NCBI GenBank assembly: GCA_964455585.1
Contig: CAYVXW010000005.1
Coordinates: forward strand, 1,972 to 65,971
DNA: 64,000 nucleotides
From: an uncultured Christensenella sp.
GTDB taxonomy: Bacteria; Bacillota; Clostridia; Christensenellales; UBA1242
Direction of reading: 5' to 3'
A program made the translations under genes and the position numbers. The notes beneath the pieces were generated by a model. That model saw nothing but the letters and a program-made list of their open reading frames with translations, had not been told where the DNA came from and searched no databases. The stretch's first letter is position 1. Every line of letters begins with the position of its first letter. Shown here one piece after another: positions 45,413 to 58,022 of the stretch.

Positions 45413-47755
45413 ATGGACTTACTAGATAAACTAAATAGCCAACAAAGACTAATTGCAATGGACACCGAGGGGGCAAAACTTGTAACTGCCGGTGCGGGTT
45501 CGGGAAAAACTAGACTATTAACGCATAGGATTTGTTATTTAATACAAGAAAAAGGGGTAAGCCCAAGCAACATTTTGGCAATTACTTTTACAAACAAAGC
45601 CACAAATGAAATGAGGGAAAGAATTGAGCAAATGATACCTAATAGTTTTGGTATTACTATCAAGACTTTCCACGCCCTTTGTGCAAACATTCTTAGGGAC
45701 AATATTTCCAAGTTGGAGGGTTTTGATAGATACTTTTCGGTGTACGACAGTAGCGACCAAGACAAACTACTAAAGAAGGTTATAAAGTCCTTGGAAGTAA
45801 AAGACGATTTGGCAAAATATTGCGATTATCATATATCAAAAGCCAAAAATGCGGGACTTACTCCTGCCGAGTATCTAAGGGATAATAAGTACGAAAGAAA
45901 CATAGATACTTATGTAAAAGTGTATTCCGAGTATCAAAAGGAACTTAAAGCCAACAATGCTCTTGACTTTGATGACTTGTTACTTAAAACTCTTGAGTTA
46001 TTCCACCAAAGTCCCGAAACGCTAGAATATTACCAAAATAAATATAGATACATCCACGTAGACGAATTTCAAGACACAAACCTTGTACAATACAAAATTG
46101 TAAGGCTACTCTCGGCTAAGTGGAAAAATATATTTGTCGTGGGTGATGAGGACCAATGTATTTATTGTTGGAGAGGGGCGAATATTGAAAATATTAAGAA
46201 CTTTACAAAAGATTATGATTGCAAAATATACAAGTTGGAGCAAAACTATCGTAGCACAAAAAACATTATAAAGACGGCAAATACGCTAATAAAAAACAAC
46301 TTTGCTCGTATTGACAAAACACTCTTTACCGAAAACGAAGAGGGCGAAGAAGTTACATACAACGAGGCGTACGACGAAAACGAAGAAGCCGAGTATGTTG
46401 CAAGGCAAATATACAATCTAAAGGCTAAAGGCGTAAATTTGAGCGAAATTGGCGTGCTTATGAGGGTCTCGGCTCTAAGTAGGCTTGTGGAAGAAAAAAT
46501 GCTTAATTACAATATTCCATACAAAGTTAGTGGGATATTTAAGTTCTTTGAGCGTTTGGAAATAAAAAATACCATTGCATATCTTAGTATGGTGGTCAAT
46601 CCAAAGGACGCCGTCAATGTTACAAGGGTCATAAATTGGCCAAAAAGGGGCATAGGACAGGCGACAGTTGACAAACTAATAGAGGAAGCAAGGCTTAGAA
46701 ATATGCCTCTTGTCGACCTTATTGAGAACTTTAGAGAAAGTAGTCTTCCTAGTGCCATAAAAGCCAAGATTGCCGACTTTGGCGACCTGATTACCGACCT
46801 TAAAAAGGCTTATCAAGAAAAATCACTATTTGACTTTGTGGACTATGTTATAACAACCGTTGGCATAAAGGATATGTACAACACCAACGCCGAGGAAGAT
46901 ATTGACAGGTGTCTAAACATTGACCAATTGTTGCAATCGGTAAAAAGTTATGAGCATCTAAATCCAGATGCCAATTTGGTGGACTATTTGGAGGGTATTA
47001 CTCTTCAAAACAATATGGAAGAAGATAGCGCCGAAGACACCGTATCCATATCCACCGTTCACGCAAGCAAGGGGCTAGAGTTTGATTATGTATTTGTAAT
47101 AGGTGCCGAAGAGGGCAAGTTCCCTTTGAATAGAGCAATGGAAAGTGAGGACGAACTTGAGGAAGAAAGAAGACTTATGTACGTTGCTATCACTAGGGCT
47201 AGAAAAAAACTATATGTAACAAAAGCAAAATCAAGGTTTTTGTACGGCAAGCGAGAAACGCAACTACCTAGTAGGTTCCTAAAGGAAATGGGGCTAAAAG
47301 TAGCCGAAAAACCAAGATATAGTGGCTATGACGAAGATAGTGGATATGCAAGCAAAAACTACGGCTATAGTGGATACAAGTCAGGATATTTAGGCGGATA
47401 TGGTCAAGGTGGCTACTCTTCTGGTGGCTCAAATTACGGAAAGTCCGCTAGTCCAAGTTATGGAACATATGATAGTTACGCAAAGACCCAATCAAGTTTT
47501 GGTGGAACGCAAAAATCGGGTTTAAACGGCTTGCAAAACTTGCAAAATATAAATACAAGCAAAATTAGTGAGCAAAAGAAGAAACTTGACGACTACAAGG
47601 TGGGTGTTCAAGTGCTTCATACCAAGTTTGGTGTGGGAACTATTGTAAAAGTGGAAGATGCGGGTGGCAACAACTATGTGTCGGTTGACTTTGGTGCAAT
47701 TGGCGTAAAAACCTTGTCTCTAAACTTTGCACCACTTCAAATTTTGAAAAAATAA
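45413..47755 (+). CDS. pcrA: ATP-dependent DNA helicase PcrA/UvrD
   Basis: AGAGSGKT, DEFQDTN, QNYRST, VHASKGLEF, RRLMYVAITRA, and a C-terminal Tudor-like VLHTKFGVGTIV. Start moved to ATG 45413. Confidence 0.9.
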   Translation: MDLLDKLNSQQRLIAMDTEGAKLVTAGAGSGKTRLLTHRICYLIQEKGVSPSNILAITFTNKATNEMRERIEQMIPNSFGITIKTFHALCANILRDNISKLEGFDRYFSVYDSSDQDKLLKKVIKSLEVKDDLAKYCDYHISKAKNAGLTPAEYLRDNKYERNIDTYVKVYSEYQKELKANNALDFDDLLLKTLELFHQSPETLEYYQNKYRYIHVDEFQDTNLVQYKIVRLLSAKWKNIFVVGDEDQCIYCWRGANIENIKNFTKDYDCKIYKLEQNYRSTKNIIKTANTLIKNNFARIDKTLFTENEEGEEVTYNEAYDENEEAEYVARQIYNLKAKGVNLSEIGVLMRVSALSRLVEEKMLNYNIPYKVSGIFKFFERLEIKNTIAYLSMVVNPKDAVNVTRVINWPKRGIGQATVDKLIEEARLRNMPLVDLIENFRESSLPSAIKAKIADFGDLITDLKKAYQEKSLFDFVDYVITTVGIKDMYNTNAEEDIDRCLNIDQLLQSVKSYEHLNPDANLVDYLEGITLQNNMEEDSAEDTVSISTVHASKGLEFDYVFVIGAEEGKFPLNRAMESEDELEEERRLMYVAITRARKKLYVTKAKSRFLYGKRETQLPSRFLKEMGLKVAEKPRYSGYDEDSGYASKNYGYSGYKSGYLGGYGQGGYSSGGSNYGKSASPSYGTYDSYAKTQSSFGGTQKSGLNGLQNLQNINTSKISEQKKKLDDYKVGVQVLHTKFGVGTIVKVEDAGGNNYVSVDFGAIGVKTLSLNFAPLQILKK

Positions 47756-47760
47756 TATAA

Positions 47761-49740
<1,980 letters not shown>

Positions 49741-49782
49741 CATCAAAAAAATAAATTTAAGCATTAAAATCGCAAAAAAGTG

Positions 49783-49811
49783 TTGAAAAAATTTCATTTA
49801 TATATTAGAAT
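49783..49811 (+). promoter_or_regulatory. Promoter TTGAAA-17-TAGAAT upstream of rpoZ
   Basis: Read directly in the ligA-rpoZ spacer. Confidence 0.4.
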
Positions 49812-49842
49812 ATATAAGTATTAAATATTTAGGAGCAAAATT

Positions 49843-50040
49843 ATGTTATTAGAACCACCTATTGATGAATTAGTAGAAAAAATGGGTAATCCATATAAGT
49901 TGGCAGTAGTAGTTGGAAAGAGAGCAAAATTCTTAAACGAAACTCTTACTGACGAAGAAAAAGAGGCTATACCTGAGGTTACTAGAGCAGTTGACGAAGC
50001 CTATGATGGCTCAATCGTACTTGATGACGAAAACTTGTAA
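49843..50040 (+). CDS. rpoZ: RNA polymerase omega subunit
   Basis: PPIDELVEKMGNPYKLAVVVGKRAKFL is a typical omega sequence. 65 aa, upstream of priA. Confidence 0.8.
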   Translation: MLLEPPIDELVEKMGNPYKLAVVVGKRAKFLNETLTDEEKEAIPEVTRAVDEAYDGSIVLDDENL

Positions 50041-50146
50041 TAGTTTCTTTAGTGAATTTATGGGCTAAAATATTTTTCTATTGCAAACTATTACCTAAGT
50101 GTTTAGGGGCTTGCAATAGATTTTTTTTGGAAAGGACGGGATTAGA

Positions 50147-52342
50147 GTGTTTGCCGAAGTAATAGTGGATGTTTTGTCTAGCGAGGTTGACAGGGTATTT
50201 GATTATAACATACCCACTCTTTTTTCGGACATAAGTGTGGGGGAAAGGGTGCTTGTGCCGTTTGGCAACAGAAAAATTGAAGGCTATGTCATTGCCATAA
50301 AGGATTCTACCGATTGCCCACCACAAAAAATTAAGGATATTGTAGAGAGGCTTGACGGCTATCCGCTAATCAAACCCGACCTTGTAAATCTAATTTGGTA
50401 TATGAAAAAAGCCCTGTATCTTAGGCTTCTTGACGGCATAAGGCTAGTTGTGCCTAGCCAAATTAGGTCGGGGGTTAAGGACAAGATTGAGCGTACTATT
50501 ATGCTAAATGACGATAGGGTCGAGGAGTATTTGGGCAGGCTTAGCAAGCGAAACAAAAACGCACCGCTAGTTATTGAGTATCTAAGGGCAAAGGGGAAGT
50601 CGGACTACACCACTCTAGCCAAAAGGTTTACTAATCCGACCATAAACAAAATGCTAACCGAAGGCGTTTTGACCGAGGTAAAAACCAAGGTAAGAAGGCT
50701 AAAAACCGAAAGTGTAGAGCGTTCCACGTGTGTGCTTACTCCTCTTCAAGAAAAAGCGGTTAGTGCAATAGAAAAGTCAGTGGACAAGCCAATTGTGCTA
50801 TTTGGGGTTACGGGTAGCGGAAAGACGGAAGTATATATGCACGTAATTGACGACGCTTTAAGCAAAGGCAAAACGGCACTTATGCTTGTTCCCGAAATAT
50901 CTTTGACACCACAAATGGTAAGGGTATTCAACAAGCGTTTTGGTGACGATGTGGCAGTGCTTCATAGTGCCCTCTCGGTTGGCGAAAAACACGACGAATG
51001 GTTTAGGATATACAGTGGAGAAGCCAAAATAGTGGTTGGGGCTAGGTCGGCGGTGTTTGCACCTCTTGATAACATTGGCGTTATCATTATTGACGAGGAG
51101 CACGACGGGTCGTATCTTAGCGATAGCAACCCTAGATACCTAACCCACGATATCGCCGAGTTTAGGGCAAAAACGGCGGGTTGTCCGCTAGTGCTTGGCA
51201 GTGCAACGCCGTCAATAGAAACTTTTTATAAGACCACCACGGGGGAATATAATAGGGTAGAAATGCCCGTTAGGGTAAATAGCAAGCCTATGCCAAAAAT
51301 TGAAATAGTGGATATGTGTAGCGAGTTTAAACTTGGCAACAACACAATGCTATCGGGCACACTTTTAGAAAAATTGGACGAAACAATAAAGGCAAAAAAC
51401 CAAGCAATTTTGTTTATAAATCGAAGAGGCTTTAGTTCCTATCTTATGTGCAAAGCGTGTTCGTATATCCCAAAGTGCACTGAGTGTGACGCAAACCTTG
51501 TTTATCACAAGCAAGAAGGTATGCTAAAGTGCCACTATTGCGGAAAGCGATTTAAGGTGCTCAGTAGGTGTCCCGAATGTGGAAGCGATAGCATAAAAAT
51601 GGGGGCAACGGGTACGCAACAAGTGGTTGAACTTGTAAAGAACAAGTTTCCAAATGTTCCCGTTTTTAGGCTAGATAACGATAGCGTTACATCCAAGGAT
51701 GCATATTCAAGGATACTTGGCGAGTTTGGAGCAACCAAACCTAGCATACTAGTGGGCACCCAAATGGTTACAAAGGGTCACGACTTTCCGTCGGTGGCAC
51801 TGGTTGGAATTATTGATGCCGATATATCGCTATTTAATTATAGTTACAAGGCAAACGAAACCACCTTTTCGCTTATGACCCAAGTATCGGGGAGAGCCGG
51901 TAGGAGCGAGACTACGGGGCAAGTTGTGCTTCAGACCTATGTCCCACACAACCCCGTATATCTTACTTGTGCAAACTATGATTACCTAAAGTTTTATGAC
52001 AAGGAAATAAACCTAAGAGAAACAACCAAGTTTCCGCCGTTTGCAAAACTTGTAAGGATTTTGCTTACTAGTGCCGACGAGGAACTTGCAAAAAACGCCA
52101 CCCATACGCTAATTATGCGACTAAAAGAGTTTAGGGTAAAGTACGGCAAAGACTTCTTTTTCTTGGAAGCAATGAGGTCGCCTGTGGGGTGGATTAGCAA
52201 CAAATATAGATTTCAAGTAGTAATGCGTTTTGAGAAAAAAATCACGGACGAAGTGCTAGGCGAAACATACAAAATATTAGATGAATTAAGGAATAGTAAA
52301 CTAAGCATTTTTGTGGAAAACAACCCACAATCGCTTAGTTAG
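50147..52342 (+). CDS. priA: Primosomal protein N' (PriA helicase)
   Basis: GTG start. GVTGSGKTEVY, DEEHD, Cys-rich CKAC..C..C..CHYCG..C..CG insertion. Confidence 0.9.
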   Translation: MFAEVIVDVLSSEVDRVFDYNIPTLFSDISVGERVLVPFGNRKIEGYVIAIKDSTDCPPQKIKDIVERLDGYPLIKPDLVNLIWYMKKALYLRLLDGIRLVVPSQIRSGVKDKIERTIMLNDDRVEEYLGRLSKRNKNAPLVIEYLRAKGKSDYTTLAKRFTNPTINKMLTEGVLTEVKTKVRRLKTESVERSTCVLTPLQEKAVSAIEKSVDKPIVLFGVTGSGKTEVYMHVIDDALSKGKTALMLVPEISLTPQMVRVFNKRFGDDVAVLHSALSVGEKHDEWFRIYSGEAKIVVGARSAVFAPLDNIGVIIIDEEHDGSYLSDSNPRYLTHDIAEFRAKTAGCPLVLGSATPSIETFYKTTTGEYNRVEMPVRVNSKPMPKIEIVDMCSEFKLGNNTMLSGTLLEKLDETIKAKNQAILFINRRGFSSYLMCKACSYIPKCTECDANLVYHKQEGMLKCHYCGKRFKVLSRCPECGSDSIKMGATGTQQVVELVKNKFPNVPVFRLDNDSVTSKDAYSRILGEFGATKPSILVGTQMVTKGHDFPSVALVGIIDADISLFNYSYKANETTFSLMTQVSGRAGRSETTGQVVLQTYVPHNPVYLTCANYDYLKFYDKEINLRETTKFPPFAKLVRILLTSADEELAKNATHTLIMRLKEFRVKYGKDFFFLEAMRSPVGWISNKYRFQVVMRFEKKITDEVLGETYKILDELRNSKLSIFVENNPQSLS

Positions 52343-52350
52343 GAGGAAAT

Positions 52351-52827
52351 ATGGCAATTAGAAATGTAGTACAAATTGGTGACGAAATACTTAGAAAAAA
52401 GAGCAAGCCCGTAAGAGAATTTGACGAAAAACTATGGGAACTACTTGACGATATGCGAGAAACAATGAACAAAAACAACGGTTGTGGGCTTGCGGGCGTT
52501 CAAGTGGGCGTGCTTAGGCGTGTTGTGGTCATTGATGTAAACAATATGAAACTAGAACTTATTAATCCCGAAATAGTAGATAGTTTTGGTGAGCAAGTCG
52601 AAAAAGAAGGTTGCTTGTCGGTAAAGAACGAGTATGGGTATGTAAAAAGACCCGAAGAGGTGACCGTAAAGGCTTTTGATAGATATGGAAACGAGTTTAT
52701 GATAAGCGGTGTTGACCTACTAGCCCGTGCATTTTGTCACGAAATTGACCACCTAGATGGCATACTATTTACCGACAAAATTATCAAGGACTACAAAGAG
52801 CCCAAGACAAAGAAATCTACAAAATAG
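52351..52827 (+). CDS. def: Peptide deformylase
   Basis: GCGLAGVQVG, EGCLS, HEIDHLDG. Confidence 0.9.
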   Translation: MAIRNVVQIGDEILRKKSKPVREFDEKLWELLDDMRETMNKNNGCGLAGVQVGVLRRVVVIDVNNMKLELINPEIVDSFGEQVEKEGCLSVKNEYGYVKRPEEVTVKAFDRYGNEFMISGVDLLARAFCHEIDHLDGILFTDKIIKDYKEPKTKKSTK

Positions 52828-52835
52828 GAGGACAT

Positions 52836-53915
52836 ATGAAAGTAGTTTTTATGGGCACTCCCGATGTGGCAGTTCCTATTCTAAAAGCAATTTATAATAG
52901 TAATCATAAGGTTGTTGCCGTTGTGTCGCAACCCGACAAGCCAAAGGGTAGAAGCAACAAAGTTGTTCCAACTCCAATAAAGAATTTGGCACTAGAGCAC
53001 GGCACCCCGGTGTTTCAATTTGAAAATATTAGAAAGGATGATATATCTTCCCTTTTGTTGCTAGATGCCGACATTATTGTTACTTGTGCATATGGTCAAA
53101 TTTTGGGCGAGGATGTTTTGAATGCTTTTAGGTTTGGGGTTATTAATGTGCACTTTAGCGAACTTCCAAAGTATAGGGGGGCTAGTCCCGTTCAATCGGC
53201 ACTTATAAATAGAGAAAATATGACGGGCGTAACCATTCTAAAGTCGGGCAAGGGTATGGACGACGGCGATATAGTCCTAATTGACAGAGGCTTTATTGAA
53301 GAGGACGAAAATGCTTTTGATACATTTGAGTGGCTATCGGCTATGGGTGCAAGGGACATTGTGTTTGCACTTGACGACATCGAGAGCGGAAAGGCTACTT
53401 ATAGCAAACAATCGGGCGAGGGCGTAGAGCCAACATATTGCACAAAGTTGACACCCGAAATGGGCAACATTGATTTTAATAAAGGAGTTCTTGAAATTGT
53501 GGGGCTTATAAAGGGCATTGCAATGTGGCCTACCGCACATATCACAATTGATGACACCTACTTTAAAATTTATAACGCTAGAGTATATCCGTTTGAAGTG
53601 ACCGTTGGCGGGAACAAGTCATACACTTTGGTTTATGACGAGGATGAAGTAAACCCCGAGGCATTTACTTTTGATGGTGGCGAAAAGTATACAAACCACT
53701 TTAATCACGGGCACTTTGTTTTGCCCGACGAACTAAACTTAGATAGTTACAAAAATGGCGAGGTCGTAATTGCAAACAACAAACAAGGTTTAGTTCTAAA
53801 GTGCAACAACGGATTTGTTGAAATTACCGAGTTATTGCCAATAAATGGCAAGAAAATGTCGGCAAAAAGTTATCTTAATGGCAAAAAAATAAACATAGGG
53901 AGCATCGCTAAATAG
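52836..53915 (+). CDS. fmt: Methionyl-tRNA formyltransferase
   Basis: MGTPD..., HFSELPKYRGASPVQ. 359 aa, with an insertion in the C-terminal domain. Confidence 0.9.
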   Translation: MKVVFMGTPDVAVPILKAIYNSNHKVVAVVSQPDKPKGRSNKVVPTPIKNLALEHGTPVFQFENIRKDDISSLLLLDADIIVTCAYGQILGEDVLNAFRFGVINVHFSELPKYRGASPVQSALINRENMTGVTILKSGKGMDDGDIVLIDRGFIEEDENAFDTFEWLSAMGARDIVFALDDIESGKATYSKQSGEGVEPTYCTKLTPEMGNIDFNKGVLEIVGLIKGIAMWPTAHITIDDTYFKIYNARVYPFEVTVGGNKSYTLVYDEDEVNPEAFTFDGGEKYTNHFNHGHFVLPDELNLDSYKNGEVVIANNKQGLVLKCNNGFVEITELLPINGKKMSAKSYLNGKKINIGSIAK

Positions 53916-55195
53916 TGAACAAAGAATTGCGAGTAAGTTACGAAGTCCTAAAAAAAGTCTATCTAGACGGGGCTTATGTAAGCATTGAACTTAATAAAGC
54001 ACTTGAAAAGTCGAAAGGAATTAATACCGCGCTTGTTACAAAAATAATATATGGAGTGCTTGAAAAAGACATAACGCTTGAGTATTTTGTCTCTTCTTTC
54101 GTGTCAAAAATGCCCAAACCCGAACTTCTTATTTTGCTAAAAATGGTGGCGTATATATCCAAAAGTGTGGCAAGTATTCCGTCGTTTGCACTAGTAAATG
54201 AAGTGGTCGAAATGGCAAAGGTGGTGGATAGGCACCAAGCGGGTTTTGTAAACGCCGTATCAAAAAAGTTGATTGCAAACAAAATTGTATTGCCGTCAAA
54301 AACTAATTATACAAAGTACTTGTCAATCAAATATAGTTATCCCGAGTGGGTTATAAAGGAGTTATTAAAAACTCACGACAAGGATTTTGTGGAGGCACTT
54401 GTTTCGGAGAACCTATCAACCGACACGCATATTAGAATAAGGCTAGACAAGACTAATTCCGATGAGTTTAGGAAAAAACTAGCCGAGGCGGGCGTAAGAT
54501 ACTCAGACGGGCTATTTGACGAGGTTATGTATGTTGACTATGGGGCACTACTAAAAACTGAACTAAAAGACCTTTGTGTGGTTCAAGGCTTGCCTAGCAT
54601 AATTACTTGCAAGGCACTTGATGCCAAGTCGGGACTTGTCCTAGATACTTGCTCGGCGCCGGGTGGCAAGGCGTGTTATGTTGCAAGCAGTGGGGATGTG
54701 AGTGTTTATGCTTGCGACATCCACAAACATAGAGTGGAACTAATTGACAAGTACGCAAAGTCCTTGGGGCTAAGTAATATAAAAACTTTTGCACAAGACG
54801 CCACAAAAGAAAGAGCGGAGTGGCTAGGCAAATTTGATTATGTTATGTGCGATGTGCCTTGTAGCAACCTAGGCGTTTCAAGAAAGAAACCCGATGTGTT
54901 CCTAAATAAAACATTAAGTGACACAAAAACTTTGGCGGGGCTTCAATATCAAATATTATCTACTAGTGCCAAGTATGTAAAGCGAGGCGGGGTTTTGCAA
55001 TACTCCACTTGCACCATTTTGGACACTGAGAACGGCGGGGTTATTGACAAGTTTTTATCTACTCACCCCGACTTTGAGACTACCCCAATTGACACAATGG
55101 GACTAAACATTTCAAATGACAACAACAAATATACATTTTATCCAAACTTAACCCATACAGAGGGATTTTTCATAGGGAGATTAAGAAGAAAATGA
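53915..55195 (+). CDS. rsmB: 16S rRNA m5C967 methyltransferase
   Basis: GTG start. N-terminal NusB-like domain, DTCSAPGGK, DVPCSNLG, YSTCT. Confidence 0.85.
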   Translation: MNKELRVSYEVLKKVYLDGAYVSIELNKALEKSKGINTALVTKIIYGVLEKDITLEYFVSSFVSKMPKPELLILLKMVAYISKSVASIPSFALVNEVVEMAKVVDRHQAGFVNAVSKKLIANKIVLPSKTNYTKYLSIKYSYPEWVIKELLKTHDKDFVEALVSENLSTDTHIRIRLDKTNSDEFRKKLAEAGVRYSDGLFDEVMYVDYGALLKTELKDLCVVQGLPSIITCKALDAKSGLVLDTCSAPGGKACYVASSGDVSVYACDIHKHRVELIDKYAKSLGLSNIKTFAQDATKERAEWLGKFDYVMCDVPCSNLGVSRKKPDVFLNKTLSDTKTLAGLQYQILSTSAKYVKRGGVLQYSTCTILDTENGGVIDKFLSTHPDFETTPIDTMGLNISNDNNKYTFYPNLTHTEGFFIGRLRRK

Positions 55196-56490
55196 ATATA
55201 CTTTTAGATTACACACGAGAAGAACTATATAATATGCTTGGTGCTTTTGGCGAGCCTAAATATAGGGTTGACCAAATTTATAATGCAATCTACAACGGAA
55301 AAGACTACGACGACAACATAAATGTTCCAAAGTCGCTACTTGACAAACTAAAAGAGCACGACTATATTTTGCAACCAATCAAAATTAGAAAGGCAATTGA
55401 GAGCAAGGGAAAAGACAAAACAATCAAGTTTTTGTACGACCTAAGCGACGGAAACATTATCGAAGGCGTGCTTATGAAATACGCCTTTGGCAACACCCTT
55501 TGCGTTAGTACCCAAGTGGGTTGCAAGATGAACTGTGCTTTTTGTGCAAGCGGGCTAAATGGCTTTGTGCAAAACTTGAGTTCGGGCGAAATTTTGGGTC
55601 AAATTGTAGCCGTAAATAGATACTTGGGTGGAAGCATAAAGGATAGAGAAATTACGAACATTGTCCTTATGGGCAGTGGTGAGCCTCTAGACAACTTTGA
55701 CAACCTAAAGAAGTTTTTGAGTGCGGTTACTAACGACGAAATGTTTAATATTAGTGTTAGAAATATTTCTGTGTCTACTTGTGGCATTCCTAGTAAGATT
55801 GAAGAACTAGCCGACCTTGGCTATGCCGTGACCCTATGTCTATCGCTTCACGCCTCAAACGACCAAGCAAGAAAGGAAATTATGCCTATTGCAAAAAGGT
55901 ACTCAATAGCCGAGGTTTTGGAAGCACTAAAGTACTATCACACAATGACCAATAGGCGAATAATCATTGAATATACGCTAATTGAAGGCAAAAACAATAG
56001 TTTCAAAAACGCAAAGGAACTAGCCGAATTGCTATCCGACTTGCCTTGTCACATAAACCTAATAAAACTAAACGAGGTGGACGGAAGAAATCTTACTAGT
56101 CCAACAGTCGACAATTGTAAACAGTTCTTGGGTTACCTAAATAGACTTGGGCTTTCGGCTACAATGCGTAGAAGTTTGGGTGACGACATCGAGGGGGCTT
56201 GTGGTCAACTAAGAAACAAAGAACTAAAGGGCGAAGAGGTGGTAATAAAGGAAAGAAAATTGCCAGTTGGGGTTAGACCAATGCCATCCCAAAAGACCTT
56301 AAATAAAGTAAAGGATGTTTCAAAACTAAACGCCGAAAAGGAAAAACAAAAAAAGAAATCTTTTGAAAAAGATGTAAAAAATAAAGAAAGGAAACCTTTT
56401 GATAAGAAAAAATCAAGGGATACTATTACAAAAAAGTCAAATTATTCAAAGAAATCTAATGGTTCAAGCGTAAAAAAGTATGGAAGATAA
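55192..56490 (+). CDS. rlmN: 23S rRNA/tRNA A2503 radical-SAM methyltransferase with Lys-rich C-terminal tail
   Basis: CKMNCAFCAS (CxxxCxxC), GSGEPL, and the conserved C-terminal GACGQL. Confidence 0.9.
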   Translation: MNILLDYTREELYNMLGAFGEPKYRVDQIYNAIYNGKDYDDNINVPKSLLDKLKEHDYILQPIKIRKAIESKGKDKTIKFLYDLSDGNIIEGVLMKYAFGNTLCVSTQVGCKMNCAFCASGLNGFVQNLSSGEILGQIVAVNRYLGGSIKDREITNIVLMGSGEPLDNFDNLKKFLSAVTNDEMFNISVRNISVSTCGIPSKIEELADLGYAVTLCLSLHASNDQARKEIMPIAKRYSIAEVLEALKYYHTMTNRRIIIEYTLIEGKNNSFKNAKELAELLSDLPCHINLIKLNEVDGRNLTSPTVDNCKQFLGYLNRLGLSATMRRSLGDDIEGACGQLRNKELKGEEVVIKERKLPVGVRPMPSQKTLNKVKDVSKLNAEKEKQKKKSFEKDVKNKERKPFDKKKSRDTITKKSNYSKKSNGSSVKKYGR

Positions 56491-57361
56491 TATAAAATTT
56501 GGCACAATTGTAAAAGCGGTTGGTGGAATATACTATGTCCAAGTATGTGGCGAAGTGGTTGAATGCGACATTAGAACTACTGCCAAAAAGACAAGACTTG
56601 TTGTGGGCGATAGGGTCGAAATTGTACCCAACAACTTTAGCCAAGGAAAGTATATAATAAAGAAAGTGTTGGAGCGAAAAAACTCCATTCCTAGGCCACC
56701 TATTGCAAATTTGGATAAATTACTTATCCTTATTTCTCCACGTCCCGAACCCGACCTAATGCTTGTTGACAAACTTATTATTTACTCCTATCTAAACGGC
56801 ATTGAGCCTATTATAGTAATAGGCAAAATAGACATTGCGAGTAGTGAGTTTGTAGAGAGTATAAAGAGGCAATATGCTTTTTTGAAAGTGTTTGAAATTA
56901 GTGCACTAAGCGGTCAAGGCGTAAGCGAGGTTGAAGGGCAACTTTCGGGCTCGTTTGTGGCACTTGCGGGGCAATCGGCGGTTGGAAAGAGTTCGTTTAT
57001 AAACGCACTCATCCCAAACAAAAATTTGGAGATAGGCGGACTTAGTAGGAAGATAGATAGAGGCAAACACACCACAAGAGTAAACGAAATTTATCTTAAC
57101 AAAGACTATATGATAGCCGACACAACGGGCTTTAGTAGTCTAGATTTAGATTTGGATTACACCGAACTAGCGGGATTTTATCCCGAGTTTGAGGAGTGTT
57201 TGGGAAAGTGCAAGTACTTAGATTGCTCACACATAAAAGAGGGCAAAGATTGTGCCATCACAAAAGCCGTAAATGAGGGGAAAATATCTAAGGAAAGATA
57301 CAATAGATATGTGGCTTTGTATGGGGTGTTAAAGAAAAAATGGGAGGAAAAATATGATTAA
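56480..57361 (+). CDS. rsgA: Ribosome small-subunit biogenesis GTPase
   Basis: Circularly permuted GTPase: GKID then AGQSAVGKSSFINAL. C-terminal zinc motif CKYLDCSH...C. Confidence 0.85.
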   Translation: MEDNIKFGTIVKAVGGIYYVQVCGEVVECDIRTTAKKTRLVVGDRVEIVPNNFSQGKYIIKKVLERKNSIPRPPIANLDKLLILISPRPEPDLMLVDKLIIYSYLNGIEPIIVIGKIDIASSEFVESIKRQYAFLKVFEISALSGQGVSEVEGQLSGSFVALAGQSAVGKSSFINALIPNKNLEIGGLSRKIDRGKHTTRVNEIYLNKDYMIADTTGFSSLDLDLDYTELAGFYPEFEECLGKCKYLDCSHIKEGKDCAITKAVNEGKISKERYNRYVALYGVLKKKWEEKYD

Positions 57362-58013
57362 GGTTTTGCCTAGTAGCAACCCTTGTTCCGAGGATGACTT
57401 GGTGGAGTACTGTAGGTCGCTTGAGGACTTGGGAGTAGAATATGTTCATTTGGACGTAATGGACGGGGCTTTTGTTGAAAACAAATGCCTAAGTTTAGAT
57501 AAAATTGCAGAAGTTAGAAACAATAGCAATATTTTGCTTGATGTGCATCTAATGGTGTCCAATCCACTTGAATGGGTTCAAAAATTGGTGGATTTAAAGC
57601 CAAATATTGTAACTGTTCACTTGGAGAGCGTGGACACTATTTCCGAGATGGAAAAGATAATTAGATTGCTAAAGCAAAACGACATTTTGTTTGGCTTGGC
57701 ACTCAAACCCGAAACCGAAGTGGAAGCCATTACGCCATATCTAGATAGGCTTGATTTGGTGTTGGTTATGTCGGTTAAGCCGGGGAAAAGTGGTCAAACG
57801 TTTATTTCTACCTCTCTTCAAAAAATAAGTGATGCAAAAAAACTAATTGGCGATAGATTTGTTTTGCTTGAGGTTGACGGCGGAATAAACGAAGACAACT
57901 ATGAAAGTGTAGTGGACGCTGGGGCGGAGTTCTTGGTTATGGGCAACGCTTTTTATGGGGCAAAGTCTAGGGAAAAATTGCTTCAAAAGGTGGATACGCA
58001 CTATTTGTTCTAA
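57354..58013 (+). CDS. rpe: Ribulose-phosphate 3-epimerase
   Basis: HLDVMDGAFVEN, DVHLMV, VMSVKPGKSGQTF, EVDGGIN. Confidence 0.85.
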   Translation: MIKVLPSSNPCSEDDLVEYCRSLEDLGVEYVHLDVMDGAFVENKCLSLDKIAEVRNNSNILLDVHLMVSNPLEWVQKLVDLKPNIVTVHLESVDTISEMEKIIRLLKQNDILFGLALKPETEVEAITPYLDRLDLVLVMSVKPGKSGQTFISTSLQKISDAKKLIGDRFVLLEVDGGINEDNYESVVDAGAEFLVMGNAFYGAKSREKLLQKVDTHYLF

Positions 58014-58022
58014 TGCTTATTT

